Source: Octopus vulgaris (lineage: Eukaryota). From it: a stretch of DNA of 64,000 nt. Below the pieces are notes generated by a model. That model was not told the DNA's origin. It saw only the letters and a list, made by a program, of their open reading frames with translations, and ran no database searches. The DNA is taken from NCBI GenBank assembly GCA_951406725.2, contig OX597832.1, positions 59,458,001 to 59,522,000 on the forward strand, written 5' to 3'. Below are positions 29,612 through 42,732 of the stretch, one piece after another. Both the position numbers and the translations under genes were made by a program. The first letter of the stretch is position 1, and each line of letters starts with the position of its first letter.

Positions 29612-29770
29612 TGCAGCAAATGATTAGTTAACGACAATAGCAATTTTGTGATTACTTATTCTCTTTCTCCTCCTTCTGCCTCTCCTGCTGGATTATCATC
29701 ACCATCATCATCATCATCATCATCATCATCGTCGTCGTCGCCGTCGACCTCATTGTCGTCGTCAAAGTCG

Positions 29771-29803
<33 letters not shown>

Positions 29804-29874
29804 ACATCGTCGTCGTTGTCGTCGTCATCATCATCATCATCATCATCACCACCACCATCATCATCACCACCACT

Positions 29875-29905
<31 letters not shown>

Positions 29906-30559
29906 TTATCGTCATCACCATCGTTGTCATCGTCATCATCATCATTGTTGTCGTTGCCGTCGCCCTCATTGTCGTCGTCAACGTCATCGTCATTATCCTC
30001 ATCATCCTCAATATCATCATCATCGTCATTACATCGTAATCATCATCATTATCATCATCGTCGTCGTCATCATTATCATCATCATCATCGCCTTCATCAT
30101 CATAATCGCCATCATCATCGACGTCGTCATCATCATCGACGTCGTCATCGTCCTCATTCTCGTTGTCATCGTTGACACTACCATCATCATCATCATCATC
30201 ACATCATCACCAGCATCATCATCAATGTCGTCGTCACCGTCTTCCCTCATTGTAGTCGTCGTCTTCATCGTCATCATCATCATGATCGTCATCATTGTCG
30301 ACATCGTTGTCATCGTCGTCATCATCATCATTATCGTCATCGTCATCATCAGTCTCTTTCTCGCCCTCCTTCTTCTCCTCTTCCTCTTCCTTATCTCTTT
30401 TCATCTTTATCTTCCTCTTCTTTCTTCCTCTACTTCTGTTGTTGCTCTTTGTCCACTTTTTCTTCATCATGTTTAAGGTCAACTCAAGTCTTGTGAATGA
30501 ATTCGGACAGACGGAAACTGTTGTCCGGAATATTATCTCATGAACTGTACCAGTAATTC

Positions 30560-31329
30560 CACGGTCCGCTCTTGTCACGCAAATGGCTCTGGATCTTACT
30601 GAGAATTACCCTGCATATACAACCAATCCGTACACATCTTCAATGAACACGTTATTCAGTTTTTCGAAAGACAACCCGCTCGTACCCCGAAAACAACGTG
30701 AAAACCTATCATTGGTCATCACTCATGGGTGATGCACAAATGTACATCGCTTATGCGTGATGGATTGTCCAAAAGACAATCAGCGCAAGTAAGAACAATA
30801 TCGGAATGTCATAAGTCCTTTAACCTCTATAGACGTACTCCGTGTATATATGTGTGTATGTACACCCGTGTATAAATGTGCGTGTGTGTATGTGTGTGTG
30901 TGTGTAAGCTATAAACACACCATTTTTTCACGGTCCAGTCTTTTCACGCAAATGGCGCTGGATGTCAAGGAGAATTACCCGAGATATACAACCAATCGGC
31001 ACACTTCTTCAATCAATACGTTATTCAGTTTTTCGAAATACAAACCGCTCGTACCTCGAAAACAATGTGAAAACCCATCATTGGTTATCACTTCTGAGAG
31101 ACTGGACATGAGTGATGCCCAAACGTACATCACTCACGCATGATTGATTGTCCAAAAGACAATCAGAGCGAGTAAGAACTACATCGCAATGTCATAAGTC
31201 CTTCAACCTCTATGGACGTACTCCGTGTATATATGTATGTATGTATACCTGTGTATAAATGTGTATGTGTGTATGTATACCTGTGTATAAATGTGTGTGT
31301 GTGTGTGTAAGCTATAAACACACCATTTT
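30560..31329. repeat. Diverged tandem duplication of a ~370-400 bp unit
   Basis: 30560-30928 and 30929-31329 are colinear (CACGGTCC...CACGCAAATGGC.CTGGAT...GTAAGCTATAAACACACCATTTT). Confidence 0.9.
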
Positions 31330-31721
31330 GTTGTTGACATTTGGCAGGAAACACGTTTTAATTATTCATACGCTGTATGATAGCTTCTCTAATTGTCGTC
31401 GGAAATTTGTTGTCAAAACCAGCCAGGAGACTGAACCAGATATGTTAATTTAATTGCAAATTCAGCTGCATTAAAGCTGAAAAGACACAAATATAAGTCA
31501 TCATATTTTTTTTTTATTCGTTGCTTCCGATAGCTTTCTTTTGAACAACAGTATTCTTCTTATATTCTGTGTTCTTTCTTTAAGTATAATTCTAAATAGA
31601 GATATTTATGTAAATAAGTTTTATGTTTACATTGATCTCAAAGGAAAATCAAGCATAAGAAATATTGTAATGCTAGCAAACATAACAATTTAAAATTGTA
31701 CGATGTAGTTTTTTATATATG

Positions 31722-31784
<63 letters not shown>

Positions 31785-31939
31785 CTTTATAATTCCAGAC
31801 TATTATATTTTTAGAATTTATTAAGGTGAAATGTGTCCAATATTAGTGAGTGTGTGTGTGTGTGTGTGGTTCTTGTGTATTTGTATGTATGTGTGTGTGT
31901 GGGTGGTTTGTGCATTTGTGCGTGCGTGTTTATTTATGT

Positions 31940-32370
31940 GGTGAGCTGGTTGGGTAGTTATGACGCCGAGTAAATGCTTAGCAGTACCAGCATTTTATTC
32001 ACCTTTGCGTCCTGAGTTCAATATTCGCTGAGGTCGACATTCACACTTTCGGGGTCGATAGTACCAGTTGAAAACTGGCGTCAATCTAGTCGGCATAACT
32101 TCTCTCCTGAAATTGCTGACGTCTGTCAAAATTCTAAATGAAAATGTGTATTAAGGAGAGTACCTGGTACAGAATCGTTTGTTCGCCGGGCAAAATAATT
32201 GGAGGCATTTCATGTCTTTAGGCATTGAATTCAAAATCCACCGAGTCGATTTTGCCTTTCATCCTTTCAGGGTCGATAAAATAAGTACCAGTTGAATACT
32301 GGGGTCGATGTAACCGACTTACTTCTTTCCCCAGATTTGCTGGCCTCGTGCCAAAATTTGATACCAATAT
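31940..32370 (+). mobile_element. Two tandem degenerate SINE family B copies
   Basis: GAGTTCAA..TTC, GGTCGATA..GTACCAGTTGAA blocks occur twice. Confidence 0.75.
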
Positions 32371-32423
32371 AAGTTTGTGACTGGGTGTGTGTGTGAAAGA
32401 CTGAGAGAGAGAGAGAGGGAGAG

Positions 32424-32506
<83 letters not shown>

Positions 32507-32721
32507 GTGGCAGAGACTCTGTGTGTGTGTGTTTGGTTTAAGATGTCGTCTGGGTTAACTCTGCATGGTAGAACTTTGGCGGCTTTTAACTTTCCGGCTT
32601 GAATCTGTTTCCCGATCCCGTCTCTCTGACTTGGAACCCCTATCAAGTGCTATGGTTACATTGTATGCGTTGGGGTCTATATGTTTATTTGCGCGCGTAT
32701 GTGTGTGTATATGGTAGTCTT

Positions 32722-32961
32722 CTGCCTTTTAACTCTTTCAGATATTAATCTGCGGCCATGTTGGTGCACCGCCTTGGAGAATTTTAGTCGAACGAATCGA
32801 ACACGGCACTTATTCGTTTTGTAAGCTTGGATCTTATTCTATCGTTTTCTTTTGACGAAATGCTATGTTACGTAGGCATAAAAACACTCACACCGGTTCT
32901 CAATTGGTAAAGATGGGACAAACATAAGCACAAAGACGCATACACACACACACACACACAT

Positions 32962-33032
<71 letters not shown>

Positions 33033-33112
33033 AACACACACACAGGACTAAGCCCTTTCTGTTTCTGTCTACCAAATCTACTCACAAGGTTTCGATCAGC
33101 CCGAGTGTATAG
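32722..33112 (-). mobile_element. SINE family A
   Basis: Reverse-complement family A blocks with an internal (CA)n. Confidence 0.75.
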
Positions 33113-33534
33113 AACTTTTCACCCACAGACTCGGTGTCTCACTTCCATAACTCTAGCAACAAAGATCCGTCACCATACCTTTCAGAAGAGCCGTTCTGAT
33201 GAGAGACCTGGTAGAAATTCAATCAAACTCGGTAGATTTAAGAATTCGCAAAATATTAGACGCGTAACTTCGTGACAACGCGACTCCGAGTAATGATTGG
33301 TCGATTCAAGAAGGATAATGGATAAATATAAGCTAATAGGCTGACTGAAGTTTTCCTTTGTTTTTCCCCTTCAAGTTCTATAGCGATGAGCGAATGACAA
33401 AGCAGCAGCTATGGATGCATGGAGACTGTAGTCACAAGTTTGCAAATAGGCGACCCAAAGCATTGGGTACTTCGTCGCTGGACTGAAAGTCATCATCCCG
33501 CCCTCATATATATATATATATATATATACACGTT

Positions 33535-34860
33535 GATACTTTCATACTTTCATAGGGTTCGGCCAGAATCGGCATAGGCCATGTCTAACTTAATAGTACC
33601 ACCTGGCGAAGTAATTCAAATTAGGAATCGGACAACATGGCCCGCTCGTGGAGAGAGTTATTGTTTATGGAGACATCTCCTGGTGTAGGAGGTACATCCA
33701 GGATTTGTTGAAGGAATTTGTCCAAAGACTTCTTGAACTTTATGGGGTCTGTTTCTGCTTTAATGTGTTTTGGTGTAATGTTAAGGAGAGCGGGGCTAAT
33801 TGAGGTGAAATAATTATGCTGTACTGTTGTTATGTGATGTGAGTATGATTTATGTCGTGGGGGATAGCAAGGGGCCGAGTTTTGGGTGTATCTTAAAGAT
33901 GATGCCAATATCATTTGGAAAGTGCCGATGGAAAATTTTCCACACCATGTAGAGGATGTAGCGATCAAGATAGCGTTGGAAAGAATAAAGCTTGAGTTTT
34001 TCTAGTTAACCCCAATAGTCAAGGCCTGTCATGCCATCTATCTTTTCTGTATTTGACCTTTCATGATACTTTGTTTCGTGTGGGGAGACCACAGTGGACA
34101 ATATTATTCAAGGTGGAGTCGGGCAGAAGTGGAGGAGAGAAGGATATCTCCCGACTGGTCGGTTCTGAGAATATAGGAACACATTCTGCGGGCCTTCTCA
34201 AGTTTGCTGTTTATATGAGCGGCCTAGCTTATGTTGATGTCCACAATTACTTCCAAGTCTCTGATGTTGTTGGATGCCATGAGAGTTTCATTTGAAGGGA
34301 GTATGGGAGCTTCAGGGGATCATCGTTTCCGAAGTGGATTAACTCAAATTTGTCCTTGTTCAGCAGCATGTTAGAAAACAGCAGCATATTGAATGACAGC
34401 CAGTAGATCTGACTGAAGGCATGCCCGGTCACCCACTTCATTGAAGACCTTCTCGATCTTGGAATCACTTACAAAGATTCTTATGTTGTTGTGCTTGATG
34501 ATGTCAGTGACGGTATTGATGTATATGCTGAAAAGAAGTGGGCACAACACAGTACTTTGTGGAACATCACAACTGAATTTGTCTGGGCTTGATTTTACTC
34601 CTTCGACTACAACGTGTTCGTTTCTGTCCGGCTGAAAACACTTCATCCCCTGTAATAACTTTACAGAGACACCAATGTTGGCTAATTTTTTTAAGAGAAC
34701 CTTATGATCAACCCTGTCAAAGGCGTAACTGAAACCAAGGTAGATAAAATCGGTGTTGGAGCCCTCTCCCAAAGCTCTTAAAAGGTCATCAAAGGGATGC
34801 AGGAGCTACGTTAGACAGTTCCCAAAATGCGGAACCTTGTTGGTTGGGTTCAGCGGTCTG
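33535..34860 (-). pseudogene. CR1-like LINE, 5'-truncated and degenerate reverse transcriptase plus 3' end
   Basis: DFIYLGFSYAFDRVDHKVLLKKL, VPQSTVLCPLLFSIYIN, LNKDKFELIHFG, FKKSLDKFLQQI; GAAAGTAT tail repeats; a related 3' remnant lies at ~8675-8720. Confidence 0.88.
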
Positions 34861-35004
34861 TTGCTTTTAAGAAAGTAGGATATATAAATATATATATATA
34901 TATATATATGTATCTATGTATATATATATATATGTATGTATTTATGTATGGATGTATGTATGTATGGATGGATGGTATGGATGGATGGATGGATGGATGT
35001 ATAT

Positions 35005-35165
35005 ATAGTGAGAATTTACAAATAACCAAAAGACGAAGACGGATGTGTAAACAACAAACAGGTATATTAGTTTAACACTCGGGAAGTCAGAAAGGCTTTT
35101 ACGTTTCGAGCTTACGCTCTTCAATAGAAAGGAATACAGAAATAAATAGGGAGAGAAAATAAAGA
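35005..35165 (-). mobile_element. Short hammerhead-bearing element (motif 35096-35131)
   Basis: Minus strand CTTT-CTATTGA-A-GAGC(GTAA)GCTC-GAAAC-GTA-AAAG. Confidence 0.7.
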
Positions 35166-35218
35166 TATAAGATATTCATATTATAATACATGCATACACA
35201 CACATATATATATGTGTG

Positions 35219-35280
<62 letters not shown>

Positions 35281-35290
35281 TGTATGTATG

Positions 35291-35326
<36 letters not shown>

Positions 35327-35333
<7 letters not shown>

Positions 35334-35535
35334 TTAACAATTAAGGATAACTTCTTAATAAGGAATCTTAACAAGAAATTATCAGGTAGATAGCGTGAAA
35401 AACCTCATAAGAGAAAAATTTCGAAAATAATTCTTTCTTATTGAACATATTAATTTATATATAGAGGGCATTATTATACATACATGCCTCACGCTAAGAG
35501 GGACATCAGTCATTTCTACCAAAAATTTTACTAAT
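35327..35535. mobile_element. (TA)n-flanked repeat, second copy of 1175-1403
   Basis: Colinear near-identity, e.g. CAGGTAGATAGCGTGAAA..CCTCATAAGAGAAAAA. Confidence 0.85.
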
Positions 35536-35550
35536 TATATATATATATAA

Positions 35551-35638
<88 letters not shown>

Positions 35639-36649
35639 GATGAATGTATATACCAGTGCCGACTGTGGCACTTGGCCAGTTCGGACTTAACCCGGGTATA
35701 AGTTTAGGAAAATGAACCTGTATTTGCACGATGATTCAATTTCTGCCAACACTGGCTTCAAGCATGTAATTTCAGTCCATAACTCGGGCTGCATATGTTG
35801 AGCCCGGTCACACTTCATTTAATTTAGTTCTCAGTCAGGCGATCGTCTTAAAGGTGCCCTGTCTCAAAAAATATTATTCGTAGCAGAGGTTCTCTCGACA
35901 TTGTTCACACGCGCCTGAGTCGGGCTCAGAAGGCACAGCTCGTGATGTTATCTATAATTGCAAAAGTTAAAAATAATTCAAATTCAATGTTTTCTTCAAA
36001 CAATAAATTTCTTATAGAGATTAGGATTTAAATTCCAATCTATGAAAAGTTTCCGTTTTACAATATTCTTAAAGGAAAGAATAATTATCCAGCAGCTCGG
36101 AGTAATACGAACGAGCTTGATAGGTGTAAATGATTAACTGGCATCTCTTGTCAAGTGTACAGGCGACAGTCAGATCGCCGATGTTTGTTGAGCATTCCGC
36201 TGTCGTTATATATATAGTGCGCATTGATGCCGTCGAGAGGTAGGCCCCGAAACGGCGCGCATTCTCTCCTGATGACCCCATACACTTGCTGGCTTCCGGT
36301 ATGCGGACATTTTAACTGGTAGCACTTGCTTGTGCAAGTTGTTTGCAAGACATGATTGCAGTTATTTTGTGCATCTCTGTGTAAAAGCAGTTGTGCTTTG
36401 CAAGATTGCTTTATTTTAACTCTTAACTTAGAAATGAAGAGAGACGTAGTGTTAGATATTTAAAAAAAAAAAGTAATTTAGGACTAGAAATACCACGGAA
36501 AAGCGTGAAAATCTTCGAGCAGGCATGTGCCCTATGCGAAATCTATGAAAAGCCCGAGTGACGCTGATGACCTGGAGTCGCTTGTGATACATATGTATAG
36601 ACGTATGTATTTTTCCTTGTATACATTATCGCTAGCTCCAAAAGATTTT

Positions 36650-36795
36650 TTTAATTCTCTCTGTTTATTTCTTCGTGTTGAAGAGCGTAGGCTCGAAACA
36701 TAACAGATTTTCTCACCTTCCCAAGCGTTAAACTAATACACCATTTTGTTGTTTATACACCTGTCTTCGCCTTTTGTTTTTCTGTAAATTTCAAC
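36650..36795 (+). mobile_element. Short hammerhead-bearing element (degenerate motif 36671-36706)
   Basis: CTTC-GTGTTGA-A-GAGC(GTAG)GCTC-GAAAC-ATA-ACAG; reverse complement of the 35005/41510 family. Confidence 0.7.
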
Positions 36796-36881
36796 TATAT
36801 ATATATATATAATTATAGTACATAATGTATAAAATGTATATATATATATATTTATACACACACACGCACACACACACACAA

Positions 36882-36912
<31 letters not shown>

Positions 36913-36917
36913 CATAC

Positions 36918-36989
<72 letters not shown>

Positions 36990-37149
36990 ATGTGTGTAGA
37001 TGCACGTAAACATATATATCTACATAAATGTACACAGACATGCATTCATAGATATGTGCACATATACATTTATCTGCCTGTGAATATTTGCATGGATCTC
37101 TGTATGTATAAACATGATTGTATATGTACATATATGCATGTCTGTATGG

Positions 37150-37193
<44 letters not shown>

Positions 37194-37868
37194 ATAAATA
37201 CATACATACATATATATATACATACATACTTATAGATATACATACATACATACATGCATACATACGTATATGTATGTACACGTAAGCACGAATAATTAAC
37301 TAAGAACGAAAATGGCTGCCAGACGGTCAAGCGAGCCAGACAGCAGCAAAATTCTCACATCAGCGACAGACGGAATACAGGCAACGGTGTTATAAATTGT
37401 ATCACAGAATCAAAAAACAAAAAGAAAACAAAACCCAAAAAAAAACAACAAAAAAAAAAAGAAAAAAAAACAACCAACAGTTGCGAAGAAGATTAATTCT
37501 ATTGATGATATCATAAATACCATTTCATTCCCCATCAAAAATATTGTAAGATACAAGCAAGTTTCCAATAAAACTTGATCGATAATCATTTGGAACAGAT
37601 GAAATAACTAAATATAAATAAAACATAATAATAATAATCATTGATTATACTTATTTATATTTTTAGATAAAATACGCGCCATGTTTTTTTTTTTTAATAT
37701 TTATTCGTGTATTTTTTTGTGTGTATCATTATTGGTTGGTAGGTTCTCGTTGTTGTTGTTGTTGTTGTCATTGTGGTTGTTGTTATTTTGATTACTGAAT
37801 TTCAAAAACCCTCATTGTTCATGCACTCAGCCTCTTATTCCGTTGCCGTTGTTGTTGTTGCTATTATT

Positions 37869-37900
<32 letters not shown>

Positions 37901-37989
37901 TCTTCTTCTTCTTCTTCTTTTTCTTCTTCTTCTTCTTCTTCTTCTTCTTCTTCTTCTTCTTCTTCTTCTTCTTCTTCTTTTTCTTCTTC

Positions 37990-38042
<53 letters not shown>

Positions 38043-38764
38043 ATTATTATGATTATTATTATTATTACTATTATTATTATTATTATTGTTCTTGTTCTTG
38101 TTGTTGTTGATGTTGTTGTTATTGTTATTATTATTTTTATTATCACCATCATTACCATGGGTATTGGTAATATATGTTGATGATATTATTATTAATATTA
38201 TAATAATAATAATAATTATTATTATTATTAGTAGTAGTAGTAGTAGTATTGTTGTTGTTGTTGGTGTTGTTTTCTTTTGTTGGTCGGTTATTATAACAGT
38301 TGTTGTTTTTGTAGGATTTTCTTTCCCTCTTTCTGTTTTTTTTTCTTTTTTGCTTTGTTAAATTCATTTTCACACAGAACCAAACAATTTATCCATACTT
38401 TTAGATCGGAGAAAAGAGTGAGAAACACTTATCAGAATAAAGGATGCATTTATATACATACATACATACATGCGTACATGCGTACATATGTATGTATGTA
38501 TGTACAAATACAAGCATGTATATAGATACATACGCTTATATATATGTGTGTGTGTGTACATGCGTATATATGTATGTATGTACAAATACAAGCATGTATA
38601 TAGATACATACGCTTATATATGTGTGTGTGTATGTGTGTATGTGTGTGTGTGCGTGCGTGCGTGCGTGCGTGCGTGTGTGTATGTAAAAGTACATAGATT
38701 GAGGGAGAGAGAGAGCCGCGGGAAGGGTAAAGAGACAGACAGAAGGACTGTAAGAAAAGAAAAA

Positions 38765-38822
38765 GGGAAGAAAGAAGAAGAAGAAGAAGAAGAAGAAGAA
38801 GAAGAAGAAGAAGAAGAAGAAG

Positions 38823-38853
<31 letters not shown>

Positions 38854-39107
38854 GGAAGAAGAAGAAAAAGAAGAAGAAGAAGGTGGAGAAGGAGAAGAAG
38901 AAGGTGGAGAAGAAGAAGAAGAAGAAGAAGAAGAAGAAGAAGAAGAAGAAGAAGAAGAAAAAGAAGGAGAAGAAGAAGAAGAAGAAGAAGAAGAAGAAGA
39001 AGAAGAAGAAGAAGAAGAAAAAGAAGAAGAAGGTGGAGAAGAAGAAGAAGAAGAAGAAGAAGAAGAAGAAGAAGAAGAAGAAGAAGAAGAAGAAGAAGAA
39101 GAAGAAA
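38765..39107. repeat. ~340 bp (GAA)n purine tract
   Basis: Direct reading; the poly-E/K/S/L ORFs here are its translations. Confidence 0.95.
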
Positions 39108-39398
39108 CATTAATTGCTGTAATCAATCGATGAAAAATCTCTTTGGTAATAAACTTTAAAGATATCAAAGAAATCCGCTATTAATTCTTGTATTTCGGCT
39201 TATATATTTATTTTTGTTTGTTTGTTTTTACTGGTTGGTTCTTTATTTTTTTTCTTTATTCGTTTGTTTTGCTGTTTTTTAAAAAAGAATTCTCTTTTAT
39301 TAATATATTCTGAAGTATTGCACTCATAAATAATGTCTATCTATATGATTATTATGTTCACTTTCTTATATACGCCCGTGTCTATGGCTTTCAACATA

Positions 39399-39479
<81 letters not shown>

Positions 39480-39660
39480 AGGCGGCAATCTGGCGGTATC
39501 GTTACCGCGCGGGACGAAATGCTTAGCGGTGTTTCGTTGTCGACTTTGCCTTTCCTCCTTTCGAAGTCGATAAATTAAGTACCACTGGAAAAATCGGGTC
39601 GATATATGAAATCCACGTCACACCGAACTTACTGGCCTTGTGCCACACTTTGAAAGCTTT
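39480..39660 (+). mobile_element. SINE family B (internally deleted) after (ATT)n
   Basis: GGCGGC..TCTGGC...GAAATGCTTAGCGG...GTCGACTTTGCCTTTC. Confidence 0.75.
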
Positions 39661-39934
39661 ATTTTTAAGGCAGCAAGGTGGTAGAATCCTTAAGTGTTCG
39701 ACAAAAGACGACCGATAGAATAAGTATTGGTGTCGATTCTTTCTTTCAATGCGGTGCTCCAGCATGGTCGCTATTTCATAACTGGAACGTGTAAAGGATA
39801 AAAGATGAAGATCGATCTCTTCCTATAGCTTCTGTTTCGTAAGACTGATCATTAGGAAAAGAATTTGATTGTGTATTCGTAACCATCAATATTCTGAAGT
39901 TACATTTTGTATTCTGCATCATTATGTATATACA

Positions 39935-40010
<76 letters not shown>

Positions 40011-40029
40011 TGTATATACGTATATACAG

Positions 40030-40215
40030 GGGATACTTTTAAAAAAAGGCGAAGATGGGTGGTGTATACAACAAACAGATGTATTGGTTTAACGCTCGGG
40101 AAGGAAAAAAGGTCTTTAAGGTTTCGAGCCTAAGATCTTCCACAGAAAGGAACACAGAAAGAAACAAGGAGAGAAAATAAAGAATGAGTAGTGGCTAGCG
40201 ATCCATCATGGCGAA

Positions 40216-40216
<1 letters not shown>
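40030..40216 (-). mobile_element. Short hammerhead-bearing element (motif 40114-40149)
   Basis: Minus strand CTTT-CTGTGGA-A-GATC(TTAG)GCTC-GAAAC-CTT-AAAG; TA-flanked. Confidence 0.7.
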
Positions 40217-40314
<98 letters not shown>

Positions 40315-40559
40315 CACATACACACATGCATACATGCACACACACACACATATATATATACATATATACATACATAAAGATCATATATATATATATATAT
40401 ATATATATACATTATGTCAAATTTTCCGTTTGTTGTCTCAATTTTATTTCATCAAGAAAAATGTGTGTGTGTGTATATGTATATATATATTGATAGAAAT
40501 GGCAAGACAACTAAAGAATTCAAGAGACCTCGATTTTGTGTAAATAAAAGAATTTATCT

Positions 40560-40714
40560 GTAAATATAATATGTGACAATTATTCGGTAGCCATGATAAA
40601 ACTCCGAGTTTCAGATGTCGGGGCTTAAAAGATACCGGCGTGGGTTTCCACTCCGACATCCGAAACACGGAGTTTTATCATGGCTACCGAATAATAGTCA
40701 CATATTATATTTAC
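40560..40714. repeat. ~63 bp-arm inverted repeat; both arms carry a hammerhead 3' half
   Basis: GATAAAACTCCGAGTTTCAGATGTCGG vs CCGACATCCGAAACACGGAGTTTTATC; same family as 23515-23577. Confidence 0.85.
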
Positions 40715-40736
40715 TGTTACATATATATATATATAT

Positions 40737-40927
40737 AACGGGAAGCTTTATGAAAATAAACAAAAGACGAAGGCAGGTGGAATACAAACAAACAATTGTA
40801 TTAGTATGGCGCTCAGGAATATAAATAAAACAAGTCTTTTACGTTTCGAGCCTACGCTCTTCAACAGAAACACGGAAAGAAACAAGGAGAGAAAAAAATG
40901 CGTGCAGAAGCTAGCGAATCAACATGG

Positions 40928-40931
<4 letters not shown>
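40737..40931 (-). mobile_element. Short hammerhead-bearing element (motif 40836-40871)
   Basis: Minus strand GTTT-CTGTTGA-A-GAGC(GTAG)GCTC-GAAAC-GTA-AAAG; TA-flanked. Confidence 0.75.
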
Positions 40932-40963
<32 letters not shown>

Positions 40964-41138
40964 TATTAATAAATACAGGTAATTATATTGTATTGTATGT
41001 TTAAGACTATATATAAATATATATGCATTACCATAACTTTCTGCTACGTTTACATAATTGCTTTTTCAAACAATATACTTGTTGCACTTCATAGCGCATA
41101 TATTCTATCTGTGTATGCATGTGTGTGTGTTTCATAAA

Positions 41139-41283
41139 ATTTAAATGCTTTGTGCTTCGCTGAGGTAAACACACAGTCATACGCACCCATACTTATACAC
41201 ATACAGATATACGTAACCACATACATACATATATATATATCTATGTATATATATATATATATGCGTGTGTATATACATACATG

Positions 41284-41336
<53 letters not shown>

Positions 41337-41351
41337 GTATGTATATACACA

Positions 41352-41387
<36 letters not shown>

Positions 41388-41490
41388 GATATATATATAT
41401 GTATGTATGTGGTTACGTATATCTGTATGTGTATAAGTATGGGTGCGTATGACTGTGTGTTTGCCTCAGCGAAGCACAAAGCATTTAAAT
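41139..41490. repeat. Near-perfect 352 bp palindrome centred on (TA)n
   Basis: ATTTAAATGCTTTGTGCTTCGCTGAGG...CCTCAGCGAAGCACAAAGCATTTAAAT; the ORF track gives almost the same peptide on both strands. Confidence 0.92.
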
Positions 41491-41509
41491 ATATATATAT
41501 ATATATATG

Positions 41510-41662
41510 TAGTCGAAATTTACAGAAAACAAAAGACGAAGACAGGTGTATAACAGCAAAATTCTGTATTAGATTACCGCTCGTGAAGGTGAGAGTCTTT
41601 TACGTTTCGAGTCTACGCTCTTCAACAGAAAGGAACATAGAAATAAACAGTGAGAGAATATG
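41510..41662 (-). mobile_element. Short hammerhead-bearing element (motif 41597-41632)
   Basis: Minus strand CTTT-CTGTTGA-A-GAGC(GTAG)ACTC-GAAAC-GTA-AAAG; TA-flanked. Confidence 0.75.
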
Positions 41663-42552
41663 AATATATATATATATATATATATGTATACATATATGTG
41701 TGTATATGTGTGTAGTTTTGTGATTGAATATGTGTGTGTGTGTATGGTTGTGCATGCGTGTGTATAAGTTGAAATATGATTCCGGGAGATCATTTAACTG
41801 GAAAAAAAAAGCATCAAAACAAGTAATGACACCGTCTCGATACTACAGAATTTGGAGAGAAAACAACACAACAAGTTAAAGTCTTTAACCTGAGATCGAT
41901 AAACAATCGTTAATCAGCTTGTTAAGTTGTTATATCATATTTTGGTGTTACAAGGTGGAGACGTTCACTGAAGATTAAACAATTAAAACGATTAAATCGG
42001 ATACGAACTATCGATCTTTGGGCTGTCATTCTGACACACTGTTCAATCACTAGCTTGTTTATTACAGCTCTCTCTCTGTCTCTCGCTTCCCCCTCACACA
42101 CACACGCGCGCACATATTTCTCTTCTTCACTCACTGTCTCTCATGCCCTCTTTCTCTCTCACATCTCGCTCTCGTTTCTAACTTTCACTCTCTTTCTCTC
42201 TCTCTGGCCCCTCTCTCTCTTTCGCTGGCTCCTCTCTCTCTTTCGCTGGCTCCTCTCTCTCTCTCTCTCACACACTTTCTCCCCCACTTCTCACCTTGTC
42301 TCTCACTCTCAAGTCCTGTCTCTCTTTCTATCACTCTGTGTTTTTTTCTCTCTCTCTCTGTCGTATCCTCACTCACCTGTACCTCAGTCTCCCTCTCTCC
42401 CACTCTCTGCTCTCATCCACAAAACCCCTTTCAATATACATGTGTTTGTATATATATATATATATATATATATGTTTGTGTGTGTGTGTATAAGTACATG
42501 TGCATATATATATATATATATATACATATATAAATACACACACACCCACACC

Positions 42553-42612
<60 letters not shown>

Positions 42613-42699
42613 CATAATATAGTTACATACATAGATATGTGTTTGTGTGTTTGTACTTATACTTATGTACATATTACAGATCAGTATTCATGTTTTCAT

Positions 42700-42732
<33 letters not shown>

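Noticed and set aside
33193-33222. CTGATGA...GAAA hammerhead-like match
   Set aside because: Stem II is misregistered and stem III is too short; no related copies seen
35645-36590. Possible DNA transposon relic
   Set aside because: No matching TIR pair or recognisable transposase motif found
38444-39133. 229 aa poly-Glu ORF
   Set aside because: Translation of the (GAA)n microsatellite
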